The notes beneath the pieces were generated by a model. That model was not told where the DNA came from. It did not search any database and was given only the letters and a program-made list of their open reading frames with translations. Shown here in pieces: positions 33,111-46,330 of a DNA stretch of 64,000 nt. Source of the DNA: Taeniopygia guttata. Lineage: Eukaryota. The stretch is taken from the NCBI RefSeq assembly GCF_048771995.1, contig NC_133041.1, positions 4,599,324 to 4,663,323 of the forward strand, read 5' to 3'. Both the position numbers and the translations under genes were made by a program. Within the stretch, counting starts at the first letter, position 1, and each line of letters begins with the position of its first letter.

Positions 33111-34620
33111 CCCCGAGTGACCCCGAGTGACCACTGACCCCTGAGTGACCCCTGAGTGACCATCGGCCTCCCTGAGTGACCCCTGAGTGACCACCGACCT
33201 TCCCTGGACGGGGACGACGAGCTGGTCATCGACCTGCCCGAGTGACCCCGAGTGACCCCGAGTGACCCTGAGTGACCCCTGAGTGACCAGTGAGTGACCA
33301 GTGACCTCCCTGAGTGACCACCGACCTTCCCTGGACGGGGACGACGAGCTGGTCATCGACCTGCCTGAGTGACCCCTGAGTGACCATTGACCTCTCTGAG
33401 TGACCAGTGACCCCGAGTGACCCCGAGTGACCATCGGCCTCCCTGAGTGACCCCTGAGTGACCATCGGCCTCCCTGAGTGACCACCAACCTCCCTGAGTG
33501 ACCATCGGCCTCCCTGAGTGACCATCAGCCTCCCTGAGTGACCATCGGCCTCCCCAAGTGACCACCGGCCTTCCCTGGACGGGGACAACGAGCTGGTCAT
33601 CGACCTGCCCGAGTGACCCCGAGTGACCCCTGAGTGACCACTGAGTGACCCTGAGTGACCACTGAGTGATCCTGAGTGACCGCTGAGTGACCACTGACCT
33701 CCCTGAGTGACCATCGGCCTTCCCTGGACGGGGACAACGAGCTGGTCATCGACCTGCCCGTGTGACCCCTGACCGCTGAGTGACCACTGAGTGACCACCG
33801 ACCTCCCTGAGTGACCATCAGCCTCCCTGAGTGACCATCAACCTTCCTGAGTGACCATCGACCTTCCCTGGACGGGGACGATGAGCTGGTCATCGACCTG
33901 CCCGAGTGACCCCGAGTGACCCTGAGTGACCCCTGAGTGACCATTGACCTGCCCGAGTGACCCCGAGTGACCCCTGAGTGACCACTGACCTCCCTGAGTG
34001 ACCATCGGCCTTCCCTGGACGGGGACGACGAGCTGGTCATCGACCTGCCCGAGTGACCCCTGAGTGACCCCGAGTGACCCCGAGTGACCCTGAGTTACCC
34101 TGAGTGACCATCGGCCTCCCTGAGTGACCCCTGAGTGACCACCGGCCTTCCCTGGACGGGGACGACGAGCTGGTCATCGACCTGCCCGAGTGACCCCGAG
34201 TGACCCCGAGTGACCCCGAGTGACCAGTGAGTGACCATCGACCTCCCTGAGTGACCATCGGCCTCCCTGAGTGACCATCGGCCTTCCCTGGACGGGGACG
34301 ACGAGCTGGTCATCGACCTGCCCGAGTGACCCCGAGTGACCCTGAGTGACCAGTGAGTGACCACTGACCGCTGAGTGACCCCTGAGTGACCAGTGACCTC
34401 CCTGAGTGACCACCGACCTTCCCTGGACGGGGACGACGAGCTGGTCATCGACCTGCCCGAGTGACCCCGAGTGACCCCTGAGTGACCCCGAGTGACCCTG
34501 AGTGACCACTGAGTTACCACTGACCCCTGAGTGACCGCTGAGTGACCATCGGCCTCCCTGAGTGACCCCTGAGTGACCACTGAGTGACCACGGGGTGTGG
34601 AGTGACCATCGGCCTTCCTG
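33111..34620 (+). other. About 9 partial copies of the INO80E last-exon 3' end (LDGDDELVIDLPE plus stop) within a GAGTGACC micro/minisatellite
   Basis: The unit cttccctggacggggacgacgagctggtcatcgacctgcccgagtga recurs at about 33199, 33320, 33562, 33710, 33858, 34008, 34140, 34284 and 34416, separated by (gagtgacc/cctgagtgacc)n. Confidence 0.85.
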
Positions 34621-36550
34621 AGTGACCAATGGGAGTTTTTGGGTGTAAAAATGTCAATTTTGGTGTTAAAATTTTTTTTTTTTTTTTAATTGGGATTTTT
34701 GGACGTAAAAATGTCAATTTTGAGGTTAAAATTGGGGAAATTTGGGTCAAATGTGGATTTTTAATGTAAAAATGTCAATTTTGGGGTTAAAATTGGGGAA
34801 ATTTGGGTCAAATGTGGATTTTTAATATAAAAATGTCAATTTTGGGGTTAAAATTGGGGATTTTGGGTTAAATGGAATTTTTGGATGTAAAAATGTCCAT
34901 TTTGGATATGAAATGAGGAATTTTGGTGTTAAATGAATTTTTGGATGTAAAAATGTCAATTTTGGGGTTAAAAAAGGAAGTTTTCAGTCAAATGTGAATT
35001 TTTGGATGTAAAAATGTCAATTTTGGGGTTAAAATTGGAGAATTTTGGTGTGAAATGGGAATTTTTAAATGTAAAAATGTTAATTTTGGGATTAAAATTG
35101 GGGAATTTTTGGTTAAATGGGAATTTTTGGATGTAGAAATGTCAAATTTGGGGTTAAAATTGGGGAAATTTGGGTCAAATGTGGATTTTTAAAGTAAAAA
35201 TGTCAATTTTGGGGTTAAAATTGGGGATTTTGGGTTAAATGGAATTTTTGGATGTAAAAATGTCAAATTGGAGGTTAAAAATGGGGAATTCTGGGTCAAA
35301 TTGGAATTTTTAGATGTAAAAATATCAATTTTGGGATTAAAATTGGGGGTTTAGGGTTAAATGTGAATGTTTTAGATGTAAAAATGTCAATTTTGGGGTT
35401 AAAATTGGGGATTTTTCAGTTAAACTGGAATTTTTGGATGTAAAAATGTTAATTTTGGGATTAAAATTGGGGAATTTTGGGTTAAATGGGGATTTTGGAC
35501 ATAAAAGTATCAATTTTGGTGTTAAAATTGGGGTTCTGGGTTAAATGTGGATATTTGGATTAAAAATTTTTAATTTTGGGGTTAAAATTTGGGAATTTCG
35601 GGTCAAATGAGAATTTTTAGATGTAAAAATCTCATTTCTGGGGTTAAAACTGGAGAATTTTGGTGTGAAATGGGAATTTTTGGATGTAAAAATGTCAATT
35701 TTGGGGTTGAAATTGGAAGTTCTGCGTCAAATGGGAATTTTTGGAAGTAAAAATGCCAACTTTGGGGTAAAAAAAAATAGGAAATTTTGGGTTAAAATTA
35801 GGGATTTTGGATAAAAAACAGAGAATTTTGGTGTGAAATGGGAGTTTTTGGATGTAAAATTTTCAATTTTGGGGTTAAAATGGAGGGTTTGGGGTTGAAT
35901 GTGAAGTTTTGGATGCAAAAATGTGAATTTTGGGGTGCTGAGGAGAAAACCCTTTGAATTTGATGTAAAAAAGTCGAATTTTTATTAAAATTCGTTAAAT
36001 TCTCACCCAAAATTGGGGATTTTTGGGGTTAAAATCTTAAATTTTGGGTTTAAATCAGCCAATTTCAGGAAAAAAAAAACCCCAGCAGTAATTCTGAGGG
36101 GAAAATTTGCAAATTCTGAGGGGAAAACCTTTGAATCTGAGGCAAAAAAGTCGATTTTCATTAAAAACGTTCGAGTCTCACCCAAACCGTGAATTTTGGG
36201 GGTAAAATCCGAGATTTTTGGGTTAAAATGAGCCGATTTTAGGAAAAAAAACCCCCACAATAATTCTGAGGGGAAAAGTTGCAAATTCTGAGGGGAAAAC
36301 CTTCGAATCTGAGGTAAAAAAGTCGATTTTTATTAAAAACGTTCAATTCTCACTCAAACCGTGAACTTTGGGGGTAAAATCTGAGATTTTTGGGGTAAAA
36401 TCAGCCGATTTTAGGAAAAAAAAAACAACCCAATAATTCTGAGGGGAAGATGTATGAATTCTGAGGGGAAAAATATCACCAAATTTGAGGTTAAGAATTC
36501 GAATTTTATTAAAAACGTTCGATTCCCACCCAAAAATGAGAATTTTGGGG
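34620..36550. repeat. ~60-bp satellite (gtaaaaatgtcaattttggggttaaaattggggaatttgggtcaaatgtggatttttaa), then a ~120-bp repeat four times (36050-36550)
   Basis: The periodicity is visible directly. Confidence 0.85.
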
Positions 36551-36559
36551 CTAAAAGCG

Positions 36560-36720
36560 CCGATTTTTGCTCTTGGCCACTTCCGGACTCGCTTTCCCAG
36601 CGTCCTTTGCGCGCCTAACCCGGAAACAGGAGGGGTGGAAGCGGAAGCGACGTGACGTCACTTCCGTCTTCCGGCGCTTCCCGATCGTCGCTCCGCGTGC
36701 GGCTCGTTCGGTGCGGGGGG
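36560..36720 (+). promoter_or_regulatory. Candidate EIF3C promoter and non-coding exon 1 (CpG island)
   Basis: This non-repetitive CpG-rich island has ETS-like cttccgg three times, the CRE palindrome tgacgtca (36653-36660), and a donor-like cg|gtgcgggg at 36711. The EIF3C ATG is 1.7 kb downstream, after a satellite-filled intron. Confidence 0.45.
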
Positions 36721-36849
36721 GGTGGGGCGGAATTTGGGGTAAAATTTGGGGATTTTGGGGTTAAAAGCGCGGAAAAAATCGGTGGTGGGGAGAGGGGAGA
36801 GGTTTGGGGCGAAATTTGGGGGGTTTGGGGCTGAAATTGGGGGTTTGGG

Positions 36850-38280
36850 GGCTTAAATTTGGGTTAAATCCGTTCGGTTTTGGGTTTAATTTCTTTGGTT
36901 TTGGATGAAATTTCTGTGGTTTTTGGGTTAAATTCCTCCGGTTTTGGGTCAAATCCCTCCGGTTTTGGGTTAAATTCGTCCGGTTTTGGGTTAAATTCTT
37001 CCGGTTTTGGGTTAAATTTCTCCGGTTTTGGGTCTAATCTCTCCGGGTTTGGGTTAAATTCCTCCGGTTTTGGGTGGAAACGCGCGAATTTGGGGTGACA
37101 ATGTCCAAATTTGGGGTAGAAACAGGAAAATTTGGGGTGAAACCGCGGGAATTTGGGGTGAAAAAGTCCAAATTTGGGGTGAAAACTCGAGAATTTGGGG
37201 ATGAAATTCGGAAACTTGGGGTGAAAATGTCCAAATTTGGGGTAGAAACAGGAAAATTTGGGGAAGAACTGCGGAAATTTGGGGTGAAAACGCAGGAATT
37301 TGGGGTCGAAAAGCCCAAATTTGGGGTGAAACCGCGGGAAATTGGGGTGAAAACGTCCAAATTTCGGGTGGAAACGCTGGAAATTGGGGTAAAAAAGCCC
37401 AAATTTGGGGTGAAACCGCAGGAATTTGGGGTGAAAAGGTCCAAATTTGGGGTGGAAACGCAGAAATTTGGAGTGAAAACATCCAAATTTGGGGTGAAAA
37501 TGTCCAAATTGGGGGTGAAAACGCGGGAATTTGGTGTAAAACCGCGGGAATTTGGGGTGAAAAAGCCCAAATTTGGGGTGAAACCGCGGGAATTTGGGGT
37601 GAAAAAGTCCAAATTCAGGGTGAAAACGCGAAAATTTGGGGTGAAACCGTGGGAATTTGGGGTGGAAATGTCCAAATTTGGGGTGAAACCGTGGGAATTC
37701 GGGGTGAAAAAGTCCAAATTTGGGGTGAAACTGCGGGAATTCGAGGTGAAAACATCCAAATTTGAGGTGAAAACGAGAAAATTTAGGGTGAAACCGTGGG
37801 AATTTGGGGTGAAAAAGTCCAAAACTGGGATGAAAAAGTGGGAATTTGGGGTGAGAACGTCCAAATTTGGGGTGAAATCGCAGGAATTTGGGATGAAATC
37901 GCAGGAATTTGGGGTAAAAATGCAGGAATTTGGGGTGGAAAAGCCCAAATTTGGGGTAAAACCGCGGGAATTTGGGGTGAGAACGTCCAAGTTTGGGGTT
38001 AAAATGTGGGAATTTGGGGTAAAAATGTCCAAATTTTAGGATGAAATGCGGAAATTTGGGGTGAAAAAGTCCAAATTTGGGGTGAAAAAGTCCAAATTTG
38101 TGGTTAAAACGCGGGAATTTGGGGTAAAACCGCGGGAATTCGGGGTAAAAAAGCCCAATTTGGGGTGAAACCGCGGGAATTGGGTTTGAAAAAGCCCCAA
38201 TTTGGGTTAAAACCGCGGGAATTCGGGGGTGAGAACATCCAAATTTGGGTTAAAACCGCGGGAATTCGGTGTCGGGAGCT
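36850..38280. repeat. ~32-40-bp satellite (ggtgaaaacgcgggaatttggggtgaaaaagtccaaattt) in EIF3C intron 1
   Basis: ORF 37074-38039 (FGVK repeats) is an artefact. Confidence 0.9.
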
Positions 38281-38389
38281 GTAATTTTTTTACCGCCCGT
38301 GTCCCGCAGGCTGCCGCTGTCCCTGTCCCTGTCCCTGTCGCTGTCCCTGTCCCTGTCCCTGTCGCTGTCCCCCTGTCGCTGTCGCGGTC

Positions 38390-38487
38390 ATGTCGCGATT
38401 CTTCACCACCGGCTCCGACTCCGAGTCCGAATCCTCCGCGTCCGGAGACGAGACCGCGCCCAAAGCGGCCGGAGGGCCCTACAGCAA
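38390..38487 (+). CDS. EIF3C: Eukaryotic translation initiation factor 3 subunit C, first coding exon (exon 2; acceptor at 38309, 5' UTR 38310-38389)
   Basis: It encodes [32 protein letters not shown](K), matching human EIF3C [33 protein letters not shown]. The donor is AA|GTGGGC. The 5' UTR contains a (CTGTCC)n microsatellite. Confidence 0.9.
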
Positions 38488-38499
38488 GTGGGCGGGGCT

Positions 38500-39540
38500 T
38501 AGGGGGAAAGGGGCGGGGTTTGGGGAAAAGGGGCGGGGTTTGGGGAGAAACGGGCGCGGATTGGGTAAATGGGGCGAGATTTAAATAAAAGGGGGCGGGG
38601 TTTGGGGGAAAGGGGCGGGGTTTGGGGAGAAACGGGCGGGGATTGGGTAAAGGGGGCGGAATTTGAATAAAACGGGGCGGGGTTTAAGGAAAGAGGACGA
38701 GATTTAAATAAATAGAGGCGGGGTTTGGGTAAAAGGGACAAAATTTAAATAAAAGGGGGCGGGGTTTGGGTAAAAGGTGAAGTTTGAATAAAAAGGGGTG
38801 GGGTTTGGGTAAAAGATGAAATTTGAATAAAAGGGGGAGGAGTTTGGGTAAAAGGGGTGAAATTTGAATAAAAGGAGGTGGGGTTTGGGTAAAAGGGGTG
38901 AAATTTAAATAAAAGGAGGCGGGGTTTGGGTAAAAGGGGCGATATTTGACTAAAAGGGGGTGGGGTTTAAGGAGAAAGGGCAAGATTTAAATAAAAGGGG
39001 GCGGGGTTTGGGCAAAAGGGGCGAAATTTGAATAAAAGAGGGAGGGGTTTGGGAAAAGGCGAAATTTGAATAAAAATGGGGGGAGTTTGAGTAAAAGGGG
39101 CGAAATTTGAATAAAGGCGGCGGGGTTTGGGAAAAAGGGCAATATTTAAATAAAAGGGGGCGGGGTTTGGGAAAATGGGAAAATTTAAATAAAAGGGGGC
39201 GGGTTTTAGGTAAAAGGCATGAATTTTAAATAAAAGGCGGTGAGGTTTGACTAAAAGGGGCAAAATTTAAATAAAAGGGGGCGGGGTTTGGGGGAAAAGG
39301 GGCGAAATTTGGATAGAAGGAGGCGGGTTTTGGGTGAAAGGGGCAAAATTTAAATAAAAGGGGGTGGGGTTTGGGGAAAGGGGCATGATTTGGGTAAAAG
39401 GGGGCGGGGTTTGGTGAAAAAGGCAAAATTTGGGTAAAAGGGGGCGGGGTTTGAGTAGAAAGGGGCGGGGTTTATCAGAAGGGGTGTGGTTTGAGGCCAA
39501 GGGGCGGGGTTTTGGGGAAATGGGCGTGGTTTGCATAAAA
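38500..39540. repeat. ~40-bp GC-box satellite (aaaagggggcggggtttgggtaaaaggggcgaaatttgaat) in EIF3C intron 2
   Basis: It carries ~25 GGGGCGGGG motifs. Confidence 0.9.
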
Positions 39541-39571
39541 AGGGGCGTGTCTGATGCGGCCCCGCCCCCAG

Positions 39572-39637
39572 GCCGCTGCTGCTGAGCGAGGATGAGGAGG
39601 ACACGAAACGCGTGGTGAGGAGCGCCCGCGACAAGAG
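39572..39637 (+). CDS. EIF3C: EIF3C exon 3
   Basis: It encodes (K)[21 protein letters not shown](R), matching human [22 protein letters not shown]. The acceptor is cccccag| and the donor AG|GTATTG. Confidence 0.9.
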
Positions 39638-39639
39638 GT

Positions 39640-41220
39640 ATTGATCGGGTATTGATCCGGTATCGATCGGGGATTGGTGCGGTATTGATCCGCCAGCCAT
39701 CGGGTATTGGTCCGGGATCGATCAGGGATTGGTCCCGTATTGGGCCGGGATTGATCGGGTGTTGATCCGCTATCGATGGGGTATTGGTGCGGTATTGATC
39801 GGGAATTGGTCCAGGATTGATCGGGGATCGGTCCCATATTGGGCCGGGATTGGTCGGGTATTGGGCCGCTAGCGATCAGGTATTGATCCGCCAGCGATCG
39901 GTTATTGGTCCGCTAGAGATCAGGTATTGGTCCGGTATCAATCGGGTATTGGGCCGGTATCGATTGGGTATTGTTCCGGTATTGATTGGTTATTGGTCCA
40001 GTATTGATCGAGTATTGATCTGTTATTGATCCAGTATTGATCGGTTATTGATCCACTAGCCTTGATATTGATATTGGTCAATATCAATACCCTTGATATT
40101 GACCAATATCAAGGGTATTGGTCCCTTATTGATCGGGTATTGATCCCTTATTGATTGGTCTTTGATCCCTTCTTGATTGGTTATTGATCCCTTATTGATT
40201 GGTTATTGGTCCGCTAGCTATCGGGTATTGATCCGCTAGCGATCGGGTATTGGTCCATTATTGATCATTTATTGATTCGGTAGTGAACGGTTATTGATCC
40301 GCTATCGATCGGGTATTGGTCCCTTACTGATTGGTTATTGATCCCTTTTTGACTGGTTTTTGATTCCTTATCAATGAGTTATTTATCCCTTATCAATGAG
40401 TTATTGATTTCTTGTTGATTGGTTATTGATGCTTTATTGATTGAAGATTGATCTGCTAGCAATCAGTTATTGGTGCCTTATTGATCGGTTATTGATCCAG
40501 GATTGACCGGTTATTGATCCCTTATTGATCAGTTATTGGTTTTATTGATCGGTTATCGGTTCCTTATTGAGCCGTTATCAGTTTCTGATTGAGCCGTTAT
40601 CGGTTCCTTTTTGAGCCGTTATTGATCTGGTATAGATTGGTTATTGAACCCTTATTGATCAGGTATTGATCCCTTATTGATTGGTTATCAGTTCCTTATT
40701 GAGCCGTTATTGAGCCGTTTTTGAGCCATAATCGAGCAAGTATTGATCCCTTATTGAGTGGCTATTGAGCAGTTATGGATCTCTTATTGATTCATTATTG
40801 GTCTCTTATTGATTGGTTATTGATACATTTTTGAGCAGTTATTGATTTGTTATTGGTCAGCTATTGACCAGTTATTGATTGGTTATCGGTCCCTTATTGA
40901 GCGGTTATTGATCCCTTTTTATCCCTACTGGTCCCAATGGGTCCTTATTGATCCCTATTGGTTCCTATTGGTTTGGTTTCTATTGATCCCAATGGCCCCA
41001 GATGGATCCTTATTGATCCTGATCAATCCTTATTGATCCCTATTGATCGCAACGGGTCTGTATTGATCCCTGTTGGTCCCAATGGATCCCTATTGATCCC
41101 TATTGGTTCCTATTAGTTTGGTTTTAATTCATCCCTGTTGATCCCGATTGATCCCAATGGACCCAAATCGATCCCGATTGATCCCGATCGATGCCAATCG
41201 CCCCTGATTGATCCCGATCG
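39640..41220. repeat. ~22-bp satellite (gggtattgatccgctagcgatc and variants) in EIF3C intron 3
   Basis: The periodicity is visible directly. Confidence 0.9.
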
Positions 41221-41227
41221 ATCCCAG

Positions 41228-41303
41228 GTACGAGGAGCTCACCAACCTGATCCGCTCCATCCGCAACGCCATGAAGATCCGCGACGTCAGCCGCTGCCTC
41301 GAG
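41228..41303 (+). CDS. EIF3C: EIF3C exon 4
   Basis: It encodes (R)[25 protein letters not shown], matching human [25 protein letters not shown]. The acceptor is atcccag| and the donor GAG|GTGCCC. Confidence 0.9.
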
Positions 41304-41309
41304 GTGCCC

Positions 41310-43360
41310 GAAACCCCGAAATTCCCAATTTTCACCCCAAAAATCCCAGATTTATGCTCTCAAAAATCTCCAATTTTCAGCCCAAAAATCCCCCAGAAAA
41401 TTCCCCCAATTTCAGCTCAAAAATCCCCAATTTTCATCCCAAAAATCCCAGATTTCGGCTCCCAAAAATCTCTAATTTCACCCCAAAAATCCCCCTCAAC
41501 AGTCCCCCCATTTCACCCCAAAAATCTCCAGTTTTCACCCCAAAACCCCCAATTTTCACCCCAAAAATCTCCAATTTCACCCCAAAATTCCCCCTCAACA
41601 GGCCCCTCATTTCACCCCAAAAATCTCCAGTTTTCACCCCAAAACCCCCAATTTTCACCCCAAAATACCCAGATTTTGTCCCCCAGAAATCTTCAATTTC
41701 ACCCCAAAAATCCCCCTCAACAATCCCCCCCGTTTCACCCCAAAAATCCCCAATTTTCACCCCGAAAATCCTCAGTTTTCACCCCAAAAATCTCAAATTT
41801 CCAACCCAAAAATCCCCCAGAAAAATCCCCCAATTTCAGCCCAAAAATCCCAAAATTTTCATGTCAAAATTCTCCAAATATCACCCCAAAGTTCCTCAAT
41901 TGTCACCCAAAAAATCCCCATTTTTCACCCCAAAAATCTCTAATTTCAACTCCCAAAAATCTCCAATTTCCAGTCCAAAAATCCCCAAATTCTACTCCCA
42001 AAAATCCCTAATTTTCACCCAAAAAAATCCCCGAATTTCCCCATTTTTCCCATTTCCCCCCAATTTTCCCCCCATTTTTCCCATTTTTCCCCCCAATTTT
42101 TTCCCCATTTTCCCCCTATTTTTCCCATTTCCCCTCATTTTTCCCCATTTTTCCCATTTTTCCCATTTTTCCCCCATTTTCTCCCAATTTTTTCCCATTT
42201 TTCCCCCATTTTCCCCCATTTTTTCCCATTTTCCCCCATTTTCTCCCATTTTCCCCCCATTTTTTCCCCATTTTCTTCCCCAAATATTCCCATTTTCCCC
42301 CCGAATTTCCCCATTTTTTCCCATTATCCCCCCATTTTTTCCCATTTTGCCCCCAAATTTCCCCATTTTTCCCCAATTTCTCCCATTTTCTCCCATTTTC
42401 CCCCATTTTTTCCCATTTTCCCCTTGAATTTTCCCATTTATTCCCATTTTCACTCCAAATTTCCCCATTTTTTCCCCCCATTTTTTCACTTTCCCCCCAT
42501 TTTTTCACATTTTCCCCCCAATCTTCACATTTTTTCAATTTTCCCCCATTTTCCCCATTTCCCCCCATTTTCCCCCCAAATTTCCCCATTTTTCCCCATT
42601 TTCACACCAAATTTCCCCATTTTTTCCCATCTTCCCCCATTTTTCCCCATTTTTTCCCATTTTCCCCTTCGATTTTCCCTATTTTCCCCCCTAATATTCC
42701 CATTTTCCCCCCGAATTTCCCCATTTTTCCCTAATTTTCCCCCCATTTTTCCCCATTTTTCCAAATTTTCACCCCGAATTTCCCCATTTTTCCCCCATTT
42801 CCCCCTAATTTTTCCCCATTTTCCCCCATTTGCCCCATTTTCCCCCCATGTTTCCCCATTTATTCCCCATTTTTCTACCCAAATATTCCCATTTCCCCCC
42901 AAATTTCCCCATTTTCCCCATTTCCTTCATTTTTTCCCATTTTCACCCCAATTTTCCCGCCATTTTCCCCTCATGTTTCCCCTCCTGTTTCCCCATTTTT
43001 CTCCCCAAATATTCCTATTTTTCCCCATTTCCCCCCAATTTTCCCCCATCTCTCCCCAATTTTTCCCCATTCTCCCCCATTTTCCCCATTTTTTCCCATT
43101 TTCACCCCAAATATTCCCATTTTTTCCTATTTTTTCCCATTTTCACCCATTTTTTTTCCCATTTTTACCCTTTTTAAACCCAATTTCCCCCATTTTTAAC
43201 CTCATTTTTAACATAAAATTTCCTTTTTCCCTCACATTTTTCCCATTTTTCCCCAATTTTTTCCCCGTTTTCCCGCGTTTTCACCCCAAATTTTCCCATT
43301 TTCCCCCTAAATTATCCCAAATTTCCCATTTCCCCCCTTTTTCACCCAAATTTCCCTTTT
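41310..43360. repeat. C/A-rich satellites (ccccaaaaatctccaatttcacc; cccattttccccc) in EIF3C intron 4
   Basis: The periodicity is visible directly. Confidence 0.85.
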
Positions 43361-43366
43361 TCGCAG

Positions 43367-43480
43367 GAGTTTGAGCTGCTGGGCCGCGCCTGGGCCAAGG
43401 CCAAGGGGGTGGTGGACAGGGAGGGGGTCCCGCGCTTCTACCTGCGCATCCTGGCCGACCTCGAGGACTACCTCAACGAG
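43367..43480 (+). CDS. EIF3C: EIF3C exon 5
   Basis: It encodes [38 protein letters not shown], matching human [38 protein letters not shown]. Confidence 0.9.
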
Positions 43481-43499
43481 GTGAGAAATGCCTTTTTGG

Positions 43500-44770
43500 G
43501 GATAAAAACGCACATTTTGGGGCATTCCAAACATTTAATCTATTGAGGGATTTTTGGAATTTTTTTCGGATTTTTTTTTGATTTTTTTTCCGCTTTTTTT
43601 CTGAGTTTTTCTAAATTTTTTTGAATATTTTTGCATTTTTTTCAGATTTTTTTTTAATTTTTTTTCCGCCTTTTTTTTCTGGGTTTTTCTGAATTTTTTG
43701 GAACTTTTTTTCAGGTTTTTTTTTTATTTTTTTTACGCTTTTTTTTCTAAGTTTTTCTTGATTTTTCTGAATTTTTAAAAATTTTTGTCAGATCTTTTTT
43801 GGATTTTTTTCCACTTCTTTTTTCTGGGTTTTTCTTAATTTTTCGGAATTATTTGGAATTTTTTTCAGATTTTTTTTTCTTCCACTTTTTCTTCTGAGTT
43901 TTTCTGAATTTTTTTCAATTTTTTTCGATTTTTTTTTTAATTTTTTCAGATTTTTTAAGGGTTTTTTGCATTTTTTCCACAATTTTTCTAAATTAAAAAA
44001 AACCCATATTTTTGCATTTTTTACCATTTTTTTTCCATTAATTTTTCCTATTTTTTTTAATTTTTTTGAGTTTTTTCACGATTTTCCCCGATTTTTTTTC
44101 TTAATGGCTTTTCTTTTTCACTTTTTGTGGTTTTTAAAAGGATTTTTTTTGAATTTTTTTCAGATTTTTTCTGATTTTTAAATATTTTTTTTTTGCATTT
44201 TTTTTGCCCTTTTTTTCCTGAATTGTTTCCTGAATTTTTCTGATTTTTTTTTTGAAATTTTTCATGGTTTTTCAGGTTTTTTTCAGATTTTTTTTTTAAT
44301 TTTGGTGGACTTTTTTTTTTTTGTGGTTTACAAAAGTATTTTTTTTTTTTTAGAATTTTTTGGGGGTTTTTCAAAATATTTCAAAATTTTTTTTTTTTTT
44401 AAGATTTGTTGGGGTTTTTTTTTTAATTATTTTGGGATTTTTTTTTTAATCTTTATTTGTGGCTTTTCACCATTTTTGGGGTCATTTTTTTATCTTTTTT
44501 TGGGTCATTTTTTAATCTTTTTTTTTTGATATTTCACCATTTTGGGGTCATTTTTTTAATCTTTATTTGTGGCTTTTCAGCAGTTTTGGGGTCATTTTAT
44601 ATTTTTGGGGTCATTTTTTAATCTTTATTTTTGATTTTTCACTATTTTTGGGTCATTTTTTTATCTTTTTTTGCGTTTTTTCACCATTTTTTTGTGTTTT
44701 TTCACCATTTTTTTGTGTTTTTTCACAATTTTTTTTTTGTTTTTCACCGTTTTTTGTGCTTTTTCCCCGT
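43500..44770. repeat. T-rich low-complexity block (ttttttcagattttttttt..)
   Basis: It is a low-complexity block. Confidence 0.8.
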
Positions 44771-44780
44771 TTTTGGGCAG

Positions 44781-44906
44781 CTGTGGGAGGACAAGGAGGG
44801 GAAGAAGAAAATGAACAAAAACAACGCCAAAGCCCTGAGCTCTTTGAGGCAAAAACTGCGGAAATACAACCGCGACTACGAGGGGCAGATCGCTGCCTAC
44901 AGACAG
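44781..44906 (+). CDS. EIF3C: EIF3C exon 6
   Basis: It encodes [42 protein letters not shown], a near-identical match to human EIF3C. The donor is CAG|GTCAGC. Confidence 0.9.
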
Positions 44907-44909
44907 GTC

Positions 44910-46330
44910 AGCAAGGGGTTAAAAACGGGGAAAATTTGGGGGAAAACGGGAAAAAAATTGGGAGAAATTTGGGGGGAAAAATGGGTGAAAAATGGGCAAA
45001 ATATGGGGGAAAAATAAGCAAAAAACAGGGAAAATATTGACAAAAAATGGGGGAAATTTAAGCAAAAAATTGGGAAAATATTGACAAAAAGTGGGGGAAA
45101 TTTGGGGGGAAAATGGGGAAAAAAATTGACAAAAATGGGGGGAAAAATGTGGGAAATGGGGAAAAAATGGATGAAATTGGGCAAGAAATGGGGGGGAAAT
45201 GGGGAAAAAGGGGCAAAAAATGGGGGAAAATTAAGCAAAAAACCAGGGAAAATATTGACAAAAAATGGGGGAAATTTGGGGGGAAAATGGGGGAAAATAT
45301 TGACAAAAATGGGGGGAAAAAAATGGGGGGAAAATGTCCAAAAATGGGAAAAATACAACCGGGACTACGAGGGGCAGATCGTCGCCTACAGACAGGTCAG
45401 CAAGGGGTTAAAAACGGGGAAAATTCGGGGGAAAACGGGAAAAAAAAGGGGAAAAAATGGGGGAAAAATGGGCAAAAAATGGGAGAAAATTATAGGAAAA
45501 ATGGGGGAAAATTATGGAGAAAATGGGGGGAAAATTGAGAAAAATGGGGGGAAAAATGGGGAAAAAATGAAATTGGGCAAGAAATGGGGTGAAAATAGGA
45601 AAAAATGGGGGAAAATTAAGAAAAAACAGAGAAAATATTGGCAAAAAAGGGAAAAAAATGGGGGAAAATTAAGCAAAAAACTGGGAAAATTTTGACAAAA
45701 ATGGGGGAAAAATGGGGGAAATTTGGGGGGAAATGGGGAAAAATTGACAAAAATGGGGGAAATTTGGGGGAAAAATGGGGAAAAAATGGACAAAAATGGG
45801 GAGAAATGGGGAAAAATGGGCAAAAAAGGGGGGAAAATTGGGAAAAAAGGTGGAGAAAATGGGCAAAAATTAAGAAAAAAATGGAGAAGAAAAAGAGGGA
45901 AAATTGGGGAGAAAATGGACAAAAAATGGGAGAAAAATGTCCAAAAATGGGCAAAAACTGCAGAAATACAACTGGGACTACGAGGGGCAGATCGCCGCCT
46001 ACAGACAGGTCAGGAAAGGGTTAAAAACGGGGAAAATTTAGGGGAAAAAGGGAAAAAAAAAAGGGAGAAATTTGGGGGAAAAATGGGGGAAAATAAGCAA
46101 AAAACGGGGAAAATATTGACAAAAAATGGGGGAAAATTAAGCAAAAAACAGGGAAAATATTGACAAAAAATGGGCAAAAAATGGGGGAAATTTGGGGGGA
46201 AAATGGATTAAAAAATTGACAAAAATGGGGGGGAAATTGGGGGAAAAAATGGGGGGAAAATGTACAAAAATGGGAAAAATACAACCGCGACTACGAGGGG
46301 CAGATCGCCGCCTACCGACAGGTCAGGAAA
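44910..46330 (+). other. Three partial copies of the EIF3C exon 6 3' end plus donor plus flanking intron, in the downstream satellite
   Basis: The unit aaatacaacc[gc][cg]gactacgaggggcagatcg[ct]cgcctac[ac]gacag|gtca[gc][gc]aa[ag]gggttaaaaacgggg occurs at about 45348, 45955 and 46275. Confidence 0.8.

Noticed and set aside
37074-38039. A 321-aa ORF of FGVKxxEFGVK repeats
   Set aside because: It is a translation of the 32-40-bp satellite in EIF3C intron 1.
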